From an uncultured Verrucomicrobiae bacterium (GTDB lineage: Bacteria > Verrucomicrobiota > Verrucomicrobiia > Chthoniobacterales > UBA10450): DNA of 64,000 nt. This document shows, piece after piece, positions 49,999-60,563 of the stretch (its first letter is position 1; each line of letters begins with the position of its first letter). The position numbers were made by a program, and so were the translations under genes. Where the stretch lies: NCBI GenBank assembly GCA_963801815.1, contig CAWDGJ010000002.1:64001-128000 (forward strand), in the 5' to 3' direction. The notes under the pieces are model-generated. The model did not search any database. It saw only the letters and a list, made by a program, of their open reading frames with translations, and had not been told where the DNA came from.

Positions 49999-51160
49999 TT
50001 AACCAGTGCTGACCGGACGGCTTGAAGTCGAAATCTGATTCATCGATTGGATGTCGGCATCGTCATTATCCTCATCGTCGGAATCGTTGTCGTTATCCAT
50101 TTCGGATTGGTGCTCCGAAATCACTGCCGGCAGATCGTTGGTCTGTAGTTTCTCGTAACGCTGCCTCACGTCGGCCGGAACTTTATCGAGGTCTTCTTTC
50201 GTTTCGACCGGACCGCTGAATTGCAGCAGTCCTTTCGGATCTTTGGCAGTTAGCACTTTCTTGCCGTCGATCTTCTCCACGCGCAGTTCTCCTTTGTCGT
50301 CCGAATAAACAATCTGGGCTTTACCGATGTCGATCTTGGTCGCTGCTCAAGCCGCCATCCTGTCTTTGGGTAACATTGATTCCGGCCGCGCGACGAGCTT
50401 CATCACGCGCGCGTCGGGCCTCGTCGCGAACACGCTGCGCTTGGTCGCGCATCTGCTGAGTCATGTCGCGTTGATGCTGCGCCATGTCGCGACGCTGCTG
50501 GGCTTCTTCGATCGCGCGCTGCGCTTCGTCCTGTGCGGACATCACGGCGTCGTGAATGATTCCCTGGTTCTGGTCGCCGAGCTGTTCCTTGAGCTCGTCC
50601 AGCTGCTCCTTCAGATCCTCCATGCCGAAATTGCTCCAATCATGCCCGTTAAAGTTGAAATTGAAATTCGGATGATGTCCTCGCCACATATCGGAACGCT
50701 CCGAAACTTCCTTCTTCGATAATTTCACGCCGATCTTTTCCTCCTTGCCTTTGCGCAAGACAGTCAGGGTGACGGTTGTGCCTTCTGAAAAACTCCGAAC
50801 CAGTTTCGAAAGCTGGTCCGGCTCGGTCAGAATCTGATCGTTCAGCATTCTTAGAATGTCGTTCTGCTGAACGCCGGCCGCGGCGGCCGGACCGTCCGGA
50901 ACAACATAATCCACAACCAGACCGAAACCTCTCGGCAAGCCGAGTTGTTCGCTGACAACTCGCGGCACGTCGGAAGTTTCGACGCCGAGATAGGTGACCG
51001 GCACTTTCTTTTCCTTGTGGTCGCGATCATTGCCGGGACCAACCGGACCATTTGGCGGCGGCCCGGCGGCGGTGGTGGACTGCTGGATTCGGTTGAGTGA
51101 ATGCAGCAATCGGCAAGAGCACGATCGCGGCGACGTGGTTAGGATGGATTTTGTTTTCAT
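49999..51160 (-). CDS. Exported PDZ-domain protein with coiled coil (apparent frameshifts at about 51100 and 50340)
   Basis: YLGVE, VVDYVVPDGPAAAAGVQQNDIL, VTLTVLRKG; the C-terminal part continues in ORF 49999..50280. Confidence 0.8.
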
Positions 51161-51684
51161 AGTTTTCGTGTGGCAAATTCATGTCCTGACACTGGGAGGA
51201 GTGAAACTTCCTCGCTGGGATAAGAAATTCGAAGCGATGCGCCGGTCTTTGGATTGCGCCACTGCAAGGTCTCTCGGGTTTGAGAACGAACGCGGCGCAT
51301 CGGCTGTTCTGAGTTACTCGGGAAATGCAGTCCTTCGTCCCGCGTGTGATAAACGACCTGGGTCAAGCCGGCGGGAACAAACTGCCCGCTTGGATTCGTG
51401 GAGTTGCCGGCAGGGCCGAACCTATCGATGCGATTGCTGGATGTTTTCTTCGCAGGCTGCTCGACATCGGATAACGCAAACATCACAAGCGCAGCCGCTG
51501 CGGCCAATCCAAGGCCGAGCGAAAGCCAGTTGAAATGAAATCGGCGTTGGCGCGGAAGCATGCCGGCGGTTGGCGTCGGATCTCGTTCAGCAAGCGCGTG
51601 TTCAATTCGCGTCACCAGATCCGCCGACGGTTGGGCCGGACGCAATTTGCGCAATTGATCTTCGAGTTCGGAAAAATCGTTCAT
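51157..51684 (-). CDS. Putative anti-sigma factor (single TM)
   Basis: MNDFSELEDQLRKLRP start with an ATGA motif at the end of the sigma gene; TM WLSLGLGLAAAAALVMF. Confidence 0.65.
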   Translation of the reverse strand: MNDFSELEDQLRKLRPAQPSADLVTRIEHALAERDPTPTAGMLPRQRRFHFNWLSLGLGLAAAAALVMFALSDVEQPAKKTSSNRIDRFGPAGNSTNPSGQFVPAGLTQVVYHTRDEGLHFPSNSEQPMRRVRSQTRETLQWRNPKTGASLRISYPSEEVSLLPVSGHEFATRKL

Positions 51685-52174
51685 CGTGGCGGAAAGATTC
51701 TTTTTCAGCGCGGCGAGCGCGTAGCGATAGCGGGAGGCCGCGGTGTTCTGCGAAATCCCAAGCGCGCTTGCGATTTCGGCGAAAGTTAGGTCGTTCCAGA
51801 TTTTCATCACCAGCACCTCCCGCTGTTCGGCAGGCAAGCGATCAAGCGCAGCGACCAGCGCGCGCTGTGAATCGTCTTCAATCTCAAATTCGGGCTGCAC
51901 CGATTGATCGGCATCGGAAAACGCAGTCGCTTCCCGACGAGCGCGGCGGCTGTCGCGCCGGATAAAATCGAGCGCAATCGAGCGAACAGTCGCGTAAAGC
52001 AGACCGCGATTGGCGATGTCGTGATTGCCGCCGCCAGAACTTGACGAACGCTTCCTGGACAATGTCTTCGGCGTCAGCTGCCGATCGCGTCCATTGCCGG
52101 GCGAATAAAACCAGGCCGGGCGCAAGCTGAGAAAAGCAAATCTTCCAATTTTCATCGGTGGCGACATTCTCCAT
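51681..52174 (-). CDS. ECF RNA polymerase sigma-70 factor (apparent frameshift at about 52030; stop apparently lost to an indel)
   Basis: DAEDIVQEAFVKFW (region 2), then LPAEQREVLVMKIWNDLTFAEIASALGISQNTAASRYRYA (region 4). Confidence 0.88.
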
Positions 52175-52281
52175 GACCTTTTCACGGTCTTTTATAATCG
52201 AGACGCCGCCAACTGATGTTTTTGTCTACTGCCCGTGGGTTTTTTCTTGCCTTGGCTGCGGCTGATTGCGACAACCGCATC

Positions 52282-52689
52282 ATGAACTGGATGGCATTGA
52301 ACTGGATAGCAGTAGTTTGCGCGGCGGCGGCTTACTGGATCATCGGCGCGATCTGGTACATGGCATTATTCGGGAAAATTTGGGCGGCGGGCATGGAGCA
52401 GCACGGCGTGAAGCTCCAGCGTGGCGGTATGGGCGCGAAAATGATCGGCAACTTCCTATGCAATCTCGTGGCCGCGGCGATTATGGCACGCTTGATTGCA
52501 CGTACCGGAATCACCGAACTCGGTAATGGCCTGAAACTCGGAGCGGGCGTCGGCCTTGGGTTTTCCGCGGCGGCACTCACGATTCAATACTTGTGGGAAT
52601 CGAAACCGTTTAAAGTCTGGGTCATCGATGCGAGCCATCATGTCGTTGGATGTGCTGCGCTCGGCGGAATTCTTTCGGTGTGGCAATGA
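52282..52689 (+). CDS. DUF1761-like membrane protein
   Basis: NWIAV, IGAIWY..LFGKIW, four TMs, WVIDA. Confidence 0.75.
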   Translation: MNWMALNWIAVVCAAAAYWIIGAIWYMALFGKIWAAGMEQHGVKLQRGGMGAKMIGNFLCNLVAAAIMARLIARTGITELGNGLKLGAGVGLGFSAAALTIQYLWESKPFKVWVIDASHHVVGCAALGGILSVWQ

Positions 52690-52700
52690 TTTTTGCCATG

Positions 52701-52725
52701 GGCGATTAGGGTCAATCGTCCTACC
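52701..52725 (-). repeat. GTAG REP-like hairpin overlapping the GH26 stop codon
   Basis: Minus strand GGTAG-GACGATTG-ACCC-TAATCGCC. Confidence 0.65.
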
Positions 52726-53865
52726 GCTTCGGCAGCGCGCGCAGAATCAGATTCCCCAACCAATCCGGATTTCCAATTCCGTTTCGGTACGCCTCCAGCG
52801 ATTCCACCGACGAATTCACGCGCAGATTGCTGTAGCTTTGATCGAGATTCTGCCAGCGCTCATGCCAGTAGACCGCCGCCTTCACCCGCGGATAGCGCGT
52901 TCGAAACAGTTCCAACCCCTGCTTGATCCATTCCGGCTTGTGGAGTCCCGGTTCGCCGGCTCGTACGGAAATTCTCCAGTCGCCCACTCCGCAATCATGA
53001 CCGGCTTGTTCGGATCGAGACCGCGAAAGCTCCTGATAAGGCCAATCGACCAGCGAAGTGATATCCGGATTTGGTTCGTCTCTGAACTGTTGGCCGTAAA
53101 CGCTCATCCCTAGCCAATCGACGTAGTCGGAGCCCGGATAATACGACGGCGCAAAATTCCAGGTTTCGAAGCGGGTAGGAATAATTGTTGGTGTGAAACA
53201 TCCATTTGATGTTGGTCGCGCCGCGCGCATCGGACGCGATCCACCACGTGCCGATATGCGCGCCGAAAAGTGTCCGGACCCTTCCAGTTGCGGATTGCTT
53301 CGTCCCATTCGTCGCCGCCGTAATATTTTCCCGACCATGGAAACCATTCGCCGTTCATCTCGTTGCCAAAAACGACGATCATCGGGTGACCGAATTCGCG
53401 CGCCGCGTCGGCCCATTTGTCGATGTAAGCGTCCCATTGTCCGGCGATGATATTGTTCAGACTAAACTTGTCCGGCCCGCGATTTTGCTCGTAGGGCTTG
53501 TCCCACGGCGACCAGAACACCAGCGGCAACGAACCGTGGCGCCAAAGCACGTTTAGGTTCGCGGTCGGAAAACTTTGCTCACCCCAGTAGCTCGACGACG
53601 CAATGATCGCCTGATGTTTGCCGACCATCTGCTCGAAGTCCTCGATCTCCTCCAGATTGACCGCGTCTTCTTCTTCACCGAAATCGATGAACGCGCCGGT
53701 GTAAGCGCCATTTTCCGGAATGACCACCTCGACCGGTCCGTTCGGATCAACGGGATTCTTCAGTGCGGTGTTCTTGTTGCACCCAACAATCAGGAAGATC
53801 GAAATCGTCGCCGCCAGTCGGATTAAATTCGAAATCCGAAACCCGAAATCGGAAACAATGTTCAA
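52721..53865 (-). CDS. GH26-family glycoside hydrolase lipoprotein (apparent frameshifts at about 53230 and 53025)
   Basis: LIVGC lipobox; NEMNGEWFPW, YYPGSDYVDWLGMSVY, YWHERW. Confidence 0.85.
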
Positions 53866-53969
53866 GAACCCGGAACCCAAAGTTTCAAAACAACGACGAT
53901 CCGAGAATACCTTCGGATTTTGAACTTTGAACATTCGAATTTGTTTCGAGATTCGGGTTTCGGGTTTGA
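53825..53969. repeat. Inverted heptamer (AAATCCG-like) element
   Basis: aaattcg aaatccg aaacccg aaatcgg aaacaat .. ttgtttcg agattcg ggtttcg ggtttga. Confidence 0.85.
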
Positions 53970-53974
53970 TTCAC

Positions 53975-56900
53975 TTAGGCTCGCACCGGAACACTCGCAG
54001 TGCGTTCGAGTTTTCCCCAGCTGACCCACGCACCTTTGATCGCGCGCAAAATTGCTTTCCAAATGCAATAGCTCAACATCGGCCGATAAATCAGGCGCAT
54101 CGGCAAAATTCGCCACGCGTGCCTGAGCGGTTCCTTTTCCAAGATGCAGGCGAGCGTGGCCAGAATGACATCCATTGATAGAAATGTGATGACGAACGGC
54201 AACACCGCGCGCCACGCGCCGAAGGGAAGCGACGACGAGCAGAAACAAATCAACGACTGGCGTGACGGCGACGAGAATAATTTGGAAAAACCAGACGCTA
54301 GGCAAACTGAACCAGCCAAGCGCGCGATAATTCCAGTTGAACACCATGTCGCGATGTTTCCAAAGACACTGAAGCGTGCCGTAAGCCCAGCGAAAACGTT
54401 GCCGCGCCAGCGTGCGCACGGATTCCGGCGCTTCCGTCCAACCGACTGCTTCCGGCACATAAACAATACGTTGTCGGTCTTTGTGCAGGGCAAGAGTGAG
54501 ATCGGTGTCTTCGGCCAGTGTTTGCAAACTCAAACCGCCCGCTTGATCGATTGCGCTTTTCCGAATCGCGCTAATCGCTCCCGGCACGACGGTAATGCAA
54601 TTCCAACGAATGTAGGCGCGGCGATCGAGATTGAACCCGCAGGTGTATTCCAGTGATTGGCAGCGGGCGATAAATGTTCGCAGGTTTCCAACTTTCGCGT
54701 GACCTGAGACAGCGCCAATCCGCTCGTCAGCAAACGGTTCCACCAGCAACCGAAGCGTATCGCCTTGAAAGTGCGTGTCAGCATCGACAAAAACAACGAC
54801 GCCGGTCCGGACTGCCGACAGCGCACGCTGCAGCGCGCGCGCTTTGCCGTGATTTTCCTGGCGAAGCAAGCGCACTCGTGGGTCCCCATCGGCGACGCGT
54901 TCGACTTCGGCGGCAGTTTCGTCGCGCGAACCGTCGTCAACGACAATGATCTCGAGATCGCCTTTATAATCCGTGGCCAACAACGAGCGCAACGTCCCGG
55001 CGATTACTTTCCCTTCGTTGTAAGCAGCGACGACAATGCTGATCGGCTCGGCGAAGGCGATCCGCGGCAAACGCCGGAAACGGTAAGCGAGCCAGATCAC
55101 GATTAACGTCCGAATTACGACCAAAGCAGTCGCGACGATCATGAACGCCCAGAGAAATTCTTCGAGCGCGTGATAAATGCGGAACCCGGTGCTGCTCACC
55201 AATCGGTTCAACGATGAGTTCGTCGGTTGAATCGGCGGCATCACTGCGTCGCGCGATGTTCCGAGCAGTGTACTCACCGGCACAATCGTATCGCCGCGGG
55301 TGTGCAGCCAGTCGAGGATCTGCGGCAACGCAGCGACGGTTTGTGAACGGTCTCCCCCCGCGTCGTGAAGCAAAATAATGCTACCGTCACGACGCTGTTG
55401 TTTAATGCGTTGCAGAATGATGTCCGCCCCGGGCTTTGCCCAATCCTGCGGATCAATATTCTCGAGAACAACCAGGTAATTGAGCTCCTGGGCAATTTGC
55501 AACGGCATGAGCTCGCTCATTTGCGAAGGTTGCGTGTCGGCGGCGTAGGGCGGACGAAACAAAGTCGTCGCCCGGCCGGTGATTGTCTCGAGCAAAATCT
55601 GCGTCGCATTTAATTCGAGACGGACATGCTCCGGCCAGGCCAGTGCCAGATTCGGATGATAATAAGTGTGGTTCCCAATTTCGTGGCCTTCGTCCACGAT
55701 GCGCTTGACCAGTCCCGGATATTTCTCCGCGTTGACGCCAACCAAAAAGAACGCTGCTTTGACCTTTGCCGCTTTCAGAATGTCCAAAATCTTTGGCGTC
55801 CACTCCGGATCGGGTCCGTCGTCAAATGTAATTGCGACCTGATGCTCGCCGCCTGCACCTTGATGGTACAACGTAGGAAATTCGGGAAATTTTGTATACT
55901 TGGCGGTCAAATAACCTTCCGCATCGACCGCGAGTTTGCGCATTCCGTCCTCTCGACTCTCGTCCACAGTCACAATCTCGCCGTCGCCGACATCAGTAAT
56001 CGTGTCGGTACCCTTCAATACCTCGAGAGATTCGCGCGTCTGATTGTCCATTTTGAAATCACGCGGCACAGCGAGAGCATCCCAAATCGCCGGATCCTCC
56101 GTGCCGAGGCGATAAAGCGCGATGCCTCCCGCTTTCTGATCGCGCACCTCCCGCAACTGATTTAGGAAAGTGACAACATCCAGAAACCAGACCGCGTGTT
56201 CCTTGTCGCCGTCTTCAAAATAAAAATACGGATTGTAACTTGGCCCGCTGACTTCGGTCGTTTCAATTTCCGCATCGTGCGCGCGGCTCATCGCTTCAGC
56301 GAAACTGATTAGCTCCGCCTTTTTGCCGCCAACCGTCCAGTCGTAGCCATAGCCACCGAGCGAAATGATCCATTGTTTACTGTCGGCGTCTTCCAATAGC
56401 ACCTGCAGCCAGCCTTCGAACCACGATTTTGATCCAAGCGGCCCAGGCGGATCGATGTCCGATGTCTCATCAAATAACGAAGCGACGAATCGGTCGACGT
56501 TGTCCGAGAGTTCGTCGAAGTCGATGTAATCGAGGTCCTGACCCGGCTGCACGGTCAACCAAAGTTCCTTGTCGTCGTTGTGGAGCGCGTCGCAAAGCTT
56601 GTCGATGAAGGTTGTGAGATCTTTTTTGTAAGCCGGATCGATTTGTTCCCAGTCAACCACGACGCCCTTAGCCTTGGCATCGCGTAACGTCGCGACCACT
56701 TTGGCAAAGAAACGCTCCTGCCGGTCAGCCGGTCCGTGCGCCAGATTTTCAATCGCCTCGGGTTGCCACGTGTCGCCAACCAGGTTCGTCAGCAATGGCA
56801 TCAACGTGATTCCTTTGCTCGCGCAAAATTTCGGCAATCGACTGTCCGCATCGATTTGAATGTCGCCCAGGCCGTTCACGACCGTCATCCATTCCGGACA

Positions 56901-57338
56901 CAGATGGGTGATCAACGACGCGTGTTGTTCGAGCGACGTGTAGCTGTACGGATCGCCGTTCGTGTAATACGCGAGGCGCACCTCATTTGGCGGAGCCTTC
57001 CTTCGCGGCTTCGCGGGAGGCGCTGGCGTCGGCGTTGCCCCTGCCAATTTTTTCGCCGCTTGTTTGGCCGCTCCGAATTTCTGCCAAAGCAACGACGCGG
57101 GAGCAATCTGGCTGGCGGGGTTTGCCCTTTGGAGCGCCTTGAGTTGTCCCTTCAATTGCCGCAACGAGAAAGGGACTCGCATCTGCGGCGCGACGAACAG
57201 CGTCTGCACAAAAAGCACCGTTCCGAGGAACGCCAGCACGCCGACAATGAGCAGGGTGAGGCGCAATCGCGGCCAGCGTTTGCCGGCCGGATCCGAAAAG
57301 ACAAAGGGGGTGAGTTCGTTGGGAGGGATTTCCTGCAT
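53975..57338 (-). CDS. Trimodular GH18-like / NodB polysaccharide deacetylase / GT2 glycosyltransferase (apparent frameshift at about 54235)
   Basis: GVVVDWE; TFDDGP, HEIGNHT, FRPPY, LLHD; AAYNE, DDGS, DAD, AEDTD, QRFRW; the C-terminus WGKLER is in another frame. Confidence 0.9.
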
Positions 57339-57430
57339 GAGCCGGCTATTTTCGCTCAGTTGGGTAAGAAAAAAAGTGCCGTTTCGGAAAATTCTGTCTC
57401 TTCATTGACGTGACCGTTGGACGTGAAGAA

Positions 57431-58549
57431 CTACACGTTCTTCAGTTTTTTCGCCAACTGTCGGGCATTGTCCTGCAACAACTCGGCAGCGCGCTTCATG
57501 TTTTCTGCGGTGCCCATTCCAGGGCGGGCATTTTGGTAAACGCCGGCGAAGAGTTCTCGCACTTGCCGGTCTTCCGTAGCGCGACCAACGAACGCGAAGA
57601 CGACTTTGCCCAATTTGTGCGCGAGTCGCGCGACGCCGGACGGCGTTTTTCCTTCTAACGTTTGTCGATCCAAACTTCCCTCGCCCGTAATCACTACGTC
57701 GACAGCTTTCATTTTTTGCTCGAGCCCGACAAATTTCGCGACCAGGTCGAAGCCCGCCTGAATTTTTGCGCCACAAAAACTCATCAATCCAAACCCAAGT
57801 CCGCCTGCCGCGCCTGCGCCCGATTCATTTCGATGATCAAAACCGAATTGCGCAGTGACAACGTCCGCAAGCTTTGTCAGAGCGCGTTCGAACTCTTCAA
57901 CTTTATCCGGCGTCACACCTTTCTGTGGACCGAACACGAGCGTCGCCCCGTTTTCTCCGAGCAAGGGATTCTTCACATCAACCGCCGCGAAGATCTCCGG
58001 CAATTTCAGATCGCGAGGTCTATAGATTTCTTCCAAGCCTTGCAAACTTGACGGCTTAAAGCCGTCAAGTTTGCCTCCGGCCGCCGTCAGAAAATCAAAC
58101 CCAAGCGAACGCGCCATTCCGAAGCCGCCGTCGTTCGTGGCGCTTCCACCGAGCCCGATGATGATTTGTTCTGCACCACGCTTCGTCGCATCCAAAATCA
58201 TCTCGCCAACTCCAAAGGTAGTTGCCTTCTCAGGATTCAACTCGTTAGGCTGTAAACGCCGCATGCCGGCGGCCTCGCTCATCTCCATTATCACGAGTTT
58301 GTTTTTTTCGACCCAGCCGTAGCGCACATCGATCTTGCGACCTAGCGGATCGTGCGCTTCGCATTTGATCCACGAAGCGCCGAGCGCCTGCGAAATCACT
58401 TCCGCCGTCCCCTCGCCCCCATCTGCCATCGGAATGATTTCGGTGTCGGCGTCCGGCAGAACATCGCGCAGGCCGCTCGCAATCGCGTCAGCCACCTCGC
58501 GTGCGCTCAGGGTGCCTTTGAATTTATCTGGTGCAATGAGGATCCTCAT
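57431..58549 (-). CDS. glxK: Glycerate kinase
   Basis: APDKFKG, ADGGEGT, GGSATNDGG, FGPQKG, GAAGG, TGEG. Confidence 0.93.
   Translation of the reverse strand: MRILIAPDKFKGTLSAREVADAIASGLRDVLPDADTEIIPMADGGEGTAEVISQALGASWIKCEAHDPLGRKIDVRYGWVEKNKLVIMEMSEAAGMRRLQPNELNPEKATTFGVGEMILDATKRGAEQIIIGLGGSATNDGGFGMARSLGFDFLTAAGGKLDGFKPSSLQGLEEIYRPRDLKLPEIFAAVDVKNPLLGENGATLVFGPQKGVTPDKVEEFERALTKLADVVTAQFGFDHRNESGAGAAGGLGFGLMSFCGAKIQAGFDLVAKFVGLEQKMKAVDVVITGEGSLDRQTLEGKTPSGVARLAHKLGKVVFAFVGRATEDRQVRELFAGVYQNARPGMGTAENMKRAAELLQDNARQLAKKLKNV
58042..58076 (+). repeat. Palindromic element in frame within glycerate kinase
   Basis: GCAAACTTGACGGCTT-A-AAGCCGTCAAGTTTGC-CT; 33 bp identical to the argJ copy. Confidence 0.92.
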
Positions 58550-58628
58550 TCGGGATCAGAATTCCAAAATCCGAATATCGAATTTGCCAAAGCGAATCTG
58601 CTGTCATCTACAAAACCGTTTGAGGCCC

Positions 58629-60088
58629 TTAGCTGTTTAACTTGCGTTTGAGGATCTCGCCCGCCAGCTGCGGGTTCGCTTTGCCCTTCGACAATTTCAT
58701 CACCTGGCCCTTGAGAAAATTCAACGATGCCGCATTGCCGGCTTTGAAATCAGCGGCCGGTTTCGGATTCGCGGCAATTACCTCATCGCAAATCTTCTCG
58801 ATCGCGCCGGTATCGCTCAATTGCTCGATCCCTTTCTCTTTCACAATCGCGACCGCGCCTTTGCCGCTGGCAAACATTTCCGCAAAAACTTCCTTGCCCT
58901 GTTTGCCGCTGATCTTTCCGCTGTCGATCAAGTTGACCAGCTCGTCGAGCGCCTCGGGCAGGATCGGACAATCGTTGATCGTCTTGCCGGCAGTGCTGAG
59001 AGCGTTTTGCAGATCGTTCAGGATCCAGTTCGCGACGTTCTTCGGCTTCTGCGCACCTTTGCCGCGGTCTCGAAATAACCGGCGAGATCGAGATCATCTG
59101 CCAGCACACCGGCATCGTAGGGTGCTGACTTGATATTGCTCGACAAAGCGCGCGCGTTTCGCCTTCGGCAACTCCGGAACACGCGCCCGCGCCTCGGGTA
59201 ACAACACTCTCGGTCTTCACCGGCACGCAGATCGGGATCGGGAAAATAGCGATAATCATGCGCCAATTCTTTCGTCCGCATGAGGAACGTTTCGGCCAGC
59301 GGCGTCATCCCAGCCGCGGGTTTCCTGCTGAAGTTTCTCGCCGCGTTCCAGCGCTGCGATTTGCCGTTCAATTTCGAACGCCAGCGCGCGCCGCACGCCG
59401 CTGATCGAGTTCATGTTCTTGATCTCGATCTTCGCTCCGAGCTCGGCCTGCGCTTCCGGCCGCACCGAGACGTTGCAATCGCAGCGCAGTTGTCCTTTCT
59501 CCATGTCGGCGTCGCTGACGTCGCCGTAGATCAGGATTTGTTTCAGCGAAGTGAGAAAGGCGAACGCTTCCTCCGGCGAATTGATCTCCGGTTGCGTCAC
59601 GATCTCCATCAACGGCGTGCCGGCGCGATTGAAATCGATCCCGGTGCTGGTCTCGAAGTGAAAACTCTTCGCCACGTCTTCCTCGAGATGAATTCGCACC
59701 AGACGCACTTCCTTTTCGGGCGTCGCGATATTTTTCTGCGCGTCCTTCGGATAAGCGAGATCGTGCAGCGGGACCGCGCCGTTTTCGCAAAGCGGCATGT
59801 CGTATTGCGAGATCTGATAGTTCTTCGGCATGTCCGGATAGAAATAATTTTTCCGGTCGAACTTGCAGACCGGCGCGATGTCGCAATCGAGCATCAGACC
59901 GGTCAGCACGGTCATTCGCAGCGCTTCGTGATTCATGACCGGCAGCGCACCGGGCAAACCGAGACAGATCGGACAGGTGTGCGTGTTCGGCGCCGCCCCA
60001 AATTCCACCGCGGCAACGCGCAAAACATCTTCGAGCGCGTCTTGAGCTGGACGTGAACTTCCAGTCCAATCGTCGCGATGTAAGTCAT
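58629..60088 (-). CDS. gatB: Asp/Glu-tRNA amidotransferase subunit B (multiple apparent frameshifts)
   Basis: IGLEVHVQL, LPGALPV, RKNYFYPD, IHLEED, NRAGTPL, DYRYFPDPD, GQVMKLSKGKANP. Confidence 0.95.
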
Positions 60089-60101
60089 CTTCTCAGAGCT
60101 T

Positions 60102-60561
60102 TCGCACAATGGACACAAAGGTCACAAAGAAAACCCAGACGGTTCTTCCGCCTCCAGTTGTCCATTGATAAGACGTTTGATTCCATTCTTCAGATGTGCC
60201 TCGCCGAAATTTATCAAGAGACCCAATTTGAGCCCGCTCAAGCGGAGTTGCGTCAAAACCTGCTTTGCATGCAATGGCGATATTGCTTCGACTGATTTCA
60301 ATTCAACAATTACTTTTGACTCTACAAGTAAATCAGTGCGATAAGCTTCATTAAATCGAACGCCATCGTAAATTATCGGCATCGGCCTTTGGCGCTCAGC
60401 GTTCAAGCCACCCTTTTTCAGTTCGTGCGCAAGGACCACTTCGTAAACCGATTCGAGAAGCCCTGGACCAAGCTTGGTATGAACTGCGAATGTAGAGTCC
60501 AAAATTCGTTTAGCGATTTCATTTTCAGTCATCCGCTGTGTCCTTGGGGGACGTTGTGCGA
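60102..60561 (-). mobile_element. Putative GxxExxY cassette bounded by inverted 9-bp-period CACAA arrays
   Basis: Left TCG-cacaatgga-cacaaaggt-cacaaagaa; right (reverse complement) TCG-cacaacgtc-ccccaagga-cacag. The outer 8-mer TCGCACAA is identical. Mobility is inferred. Confidence 0.55.
60122..60532 (-). CDS. GxxExxY protein (PD-(D/E)XK nuclease-like)
   Basis: LGPGLLESVYE motif; RTDLLVESKVIVELKS catalytic-type pattern; GLLINFG. Confidence 0.92.
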   Translation of the reverse strand: MTENEIAKRILDSTFAVHTKLGPGLLESVYEVVLAHELKKGGLNAERQRPMPIIYDGVRFNEAYRTDLLVESKVIVELKSVEAISPLHAKQVLTQLRLSGLKLGLLINFGEAHLKNGIKRLINGQLEAEEPSGFSL

Positions 60562-60563
60562 GG

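Noticed and set aside
51157..52185. Sigma/anti-sigma fusion suggested by the ORF track
   Set aside because: An ATGA at 51681-51684 marks a normal coupled junction; the fusion most likely results from an indel.
53862..53974. Extended C-terminus of the GT2 fusion running through the repeat
   Set aside because: This is an artefact of the frameshift near 54235; the family-like end WGKLER stops at 53975.
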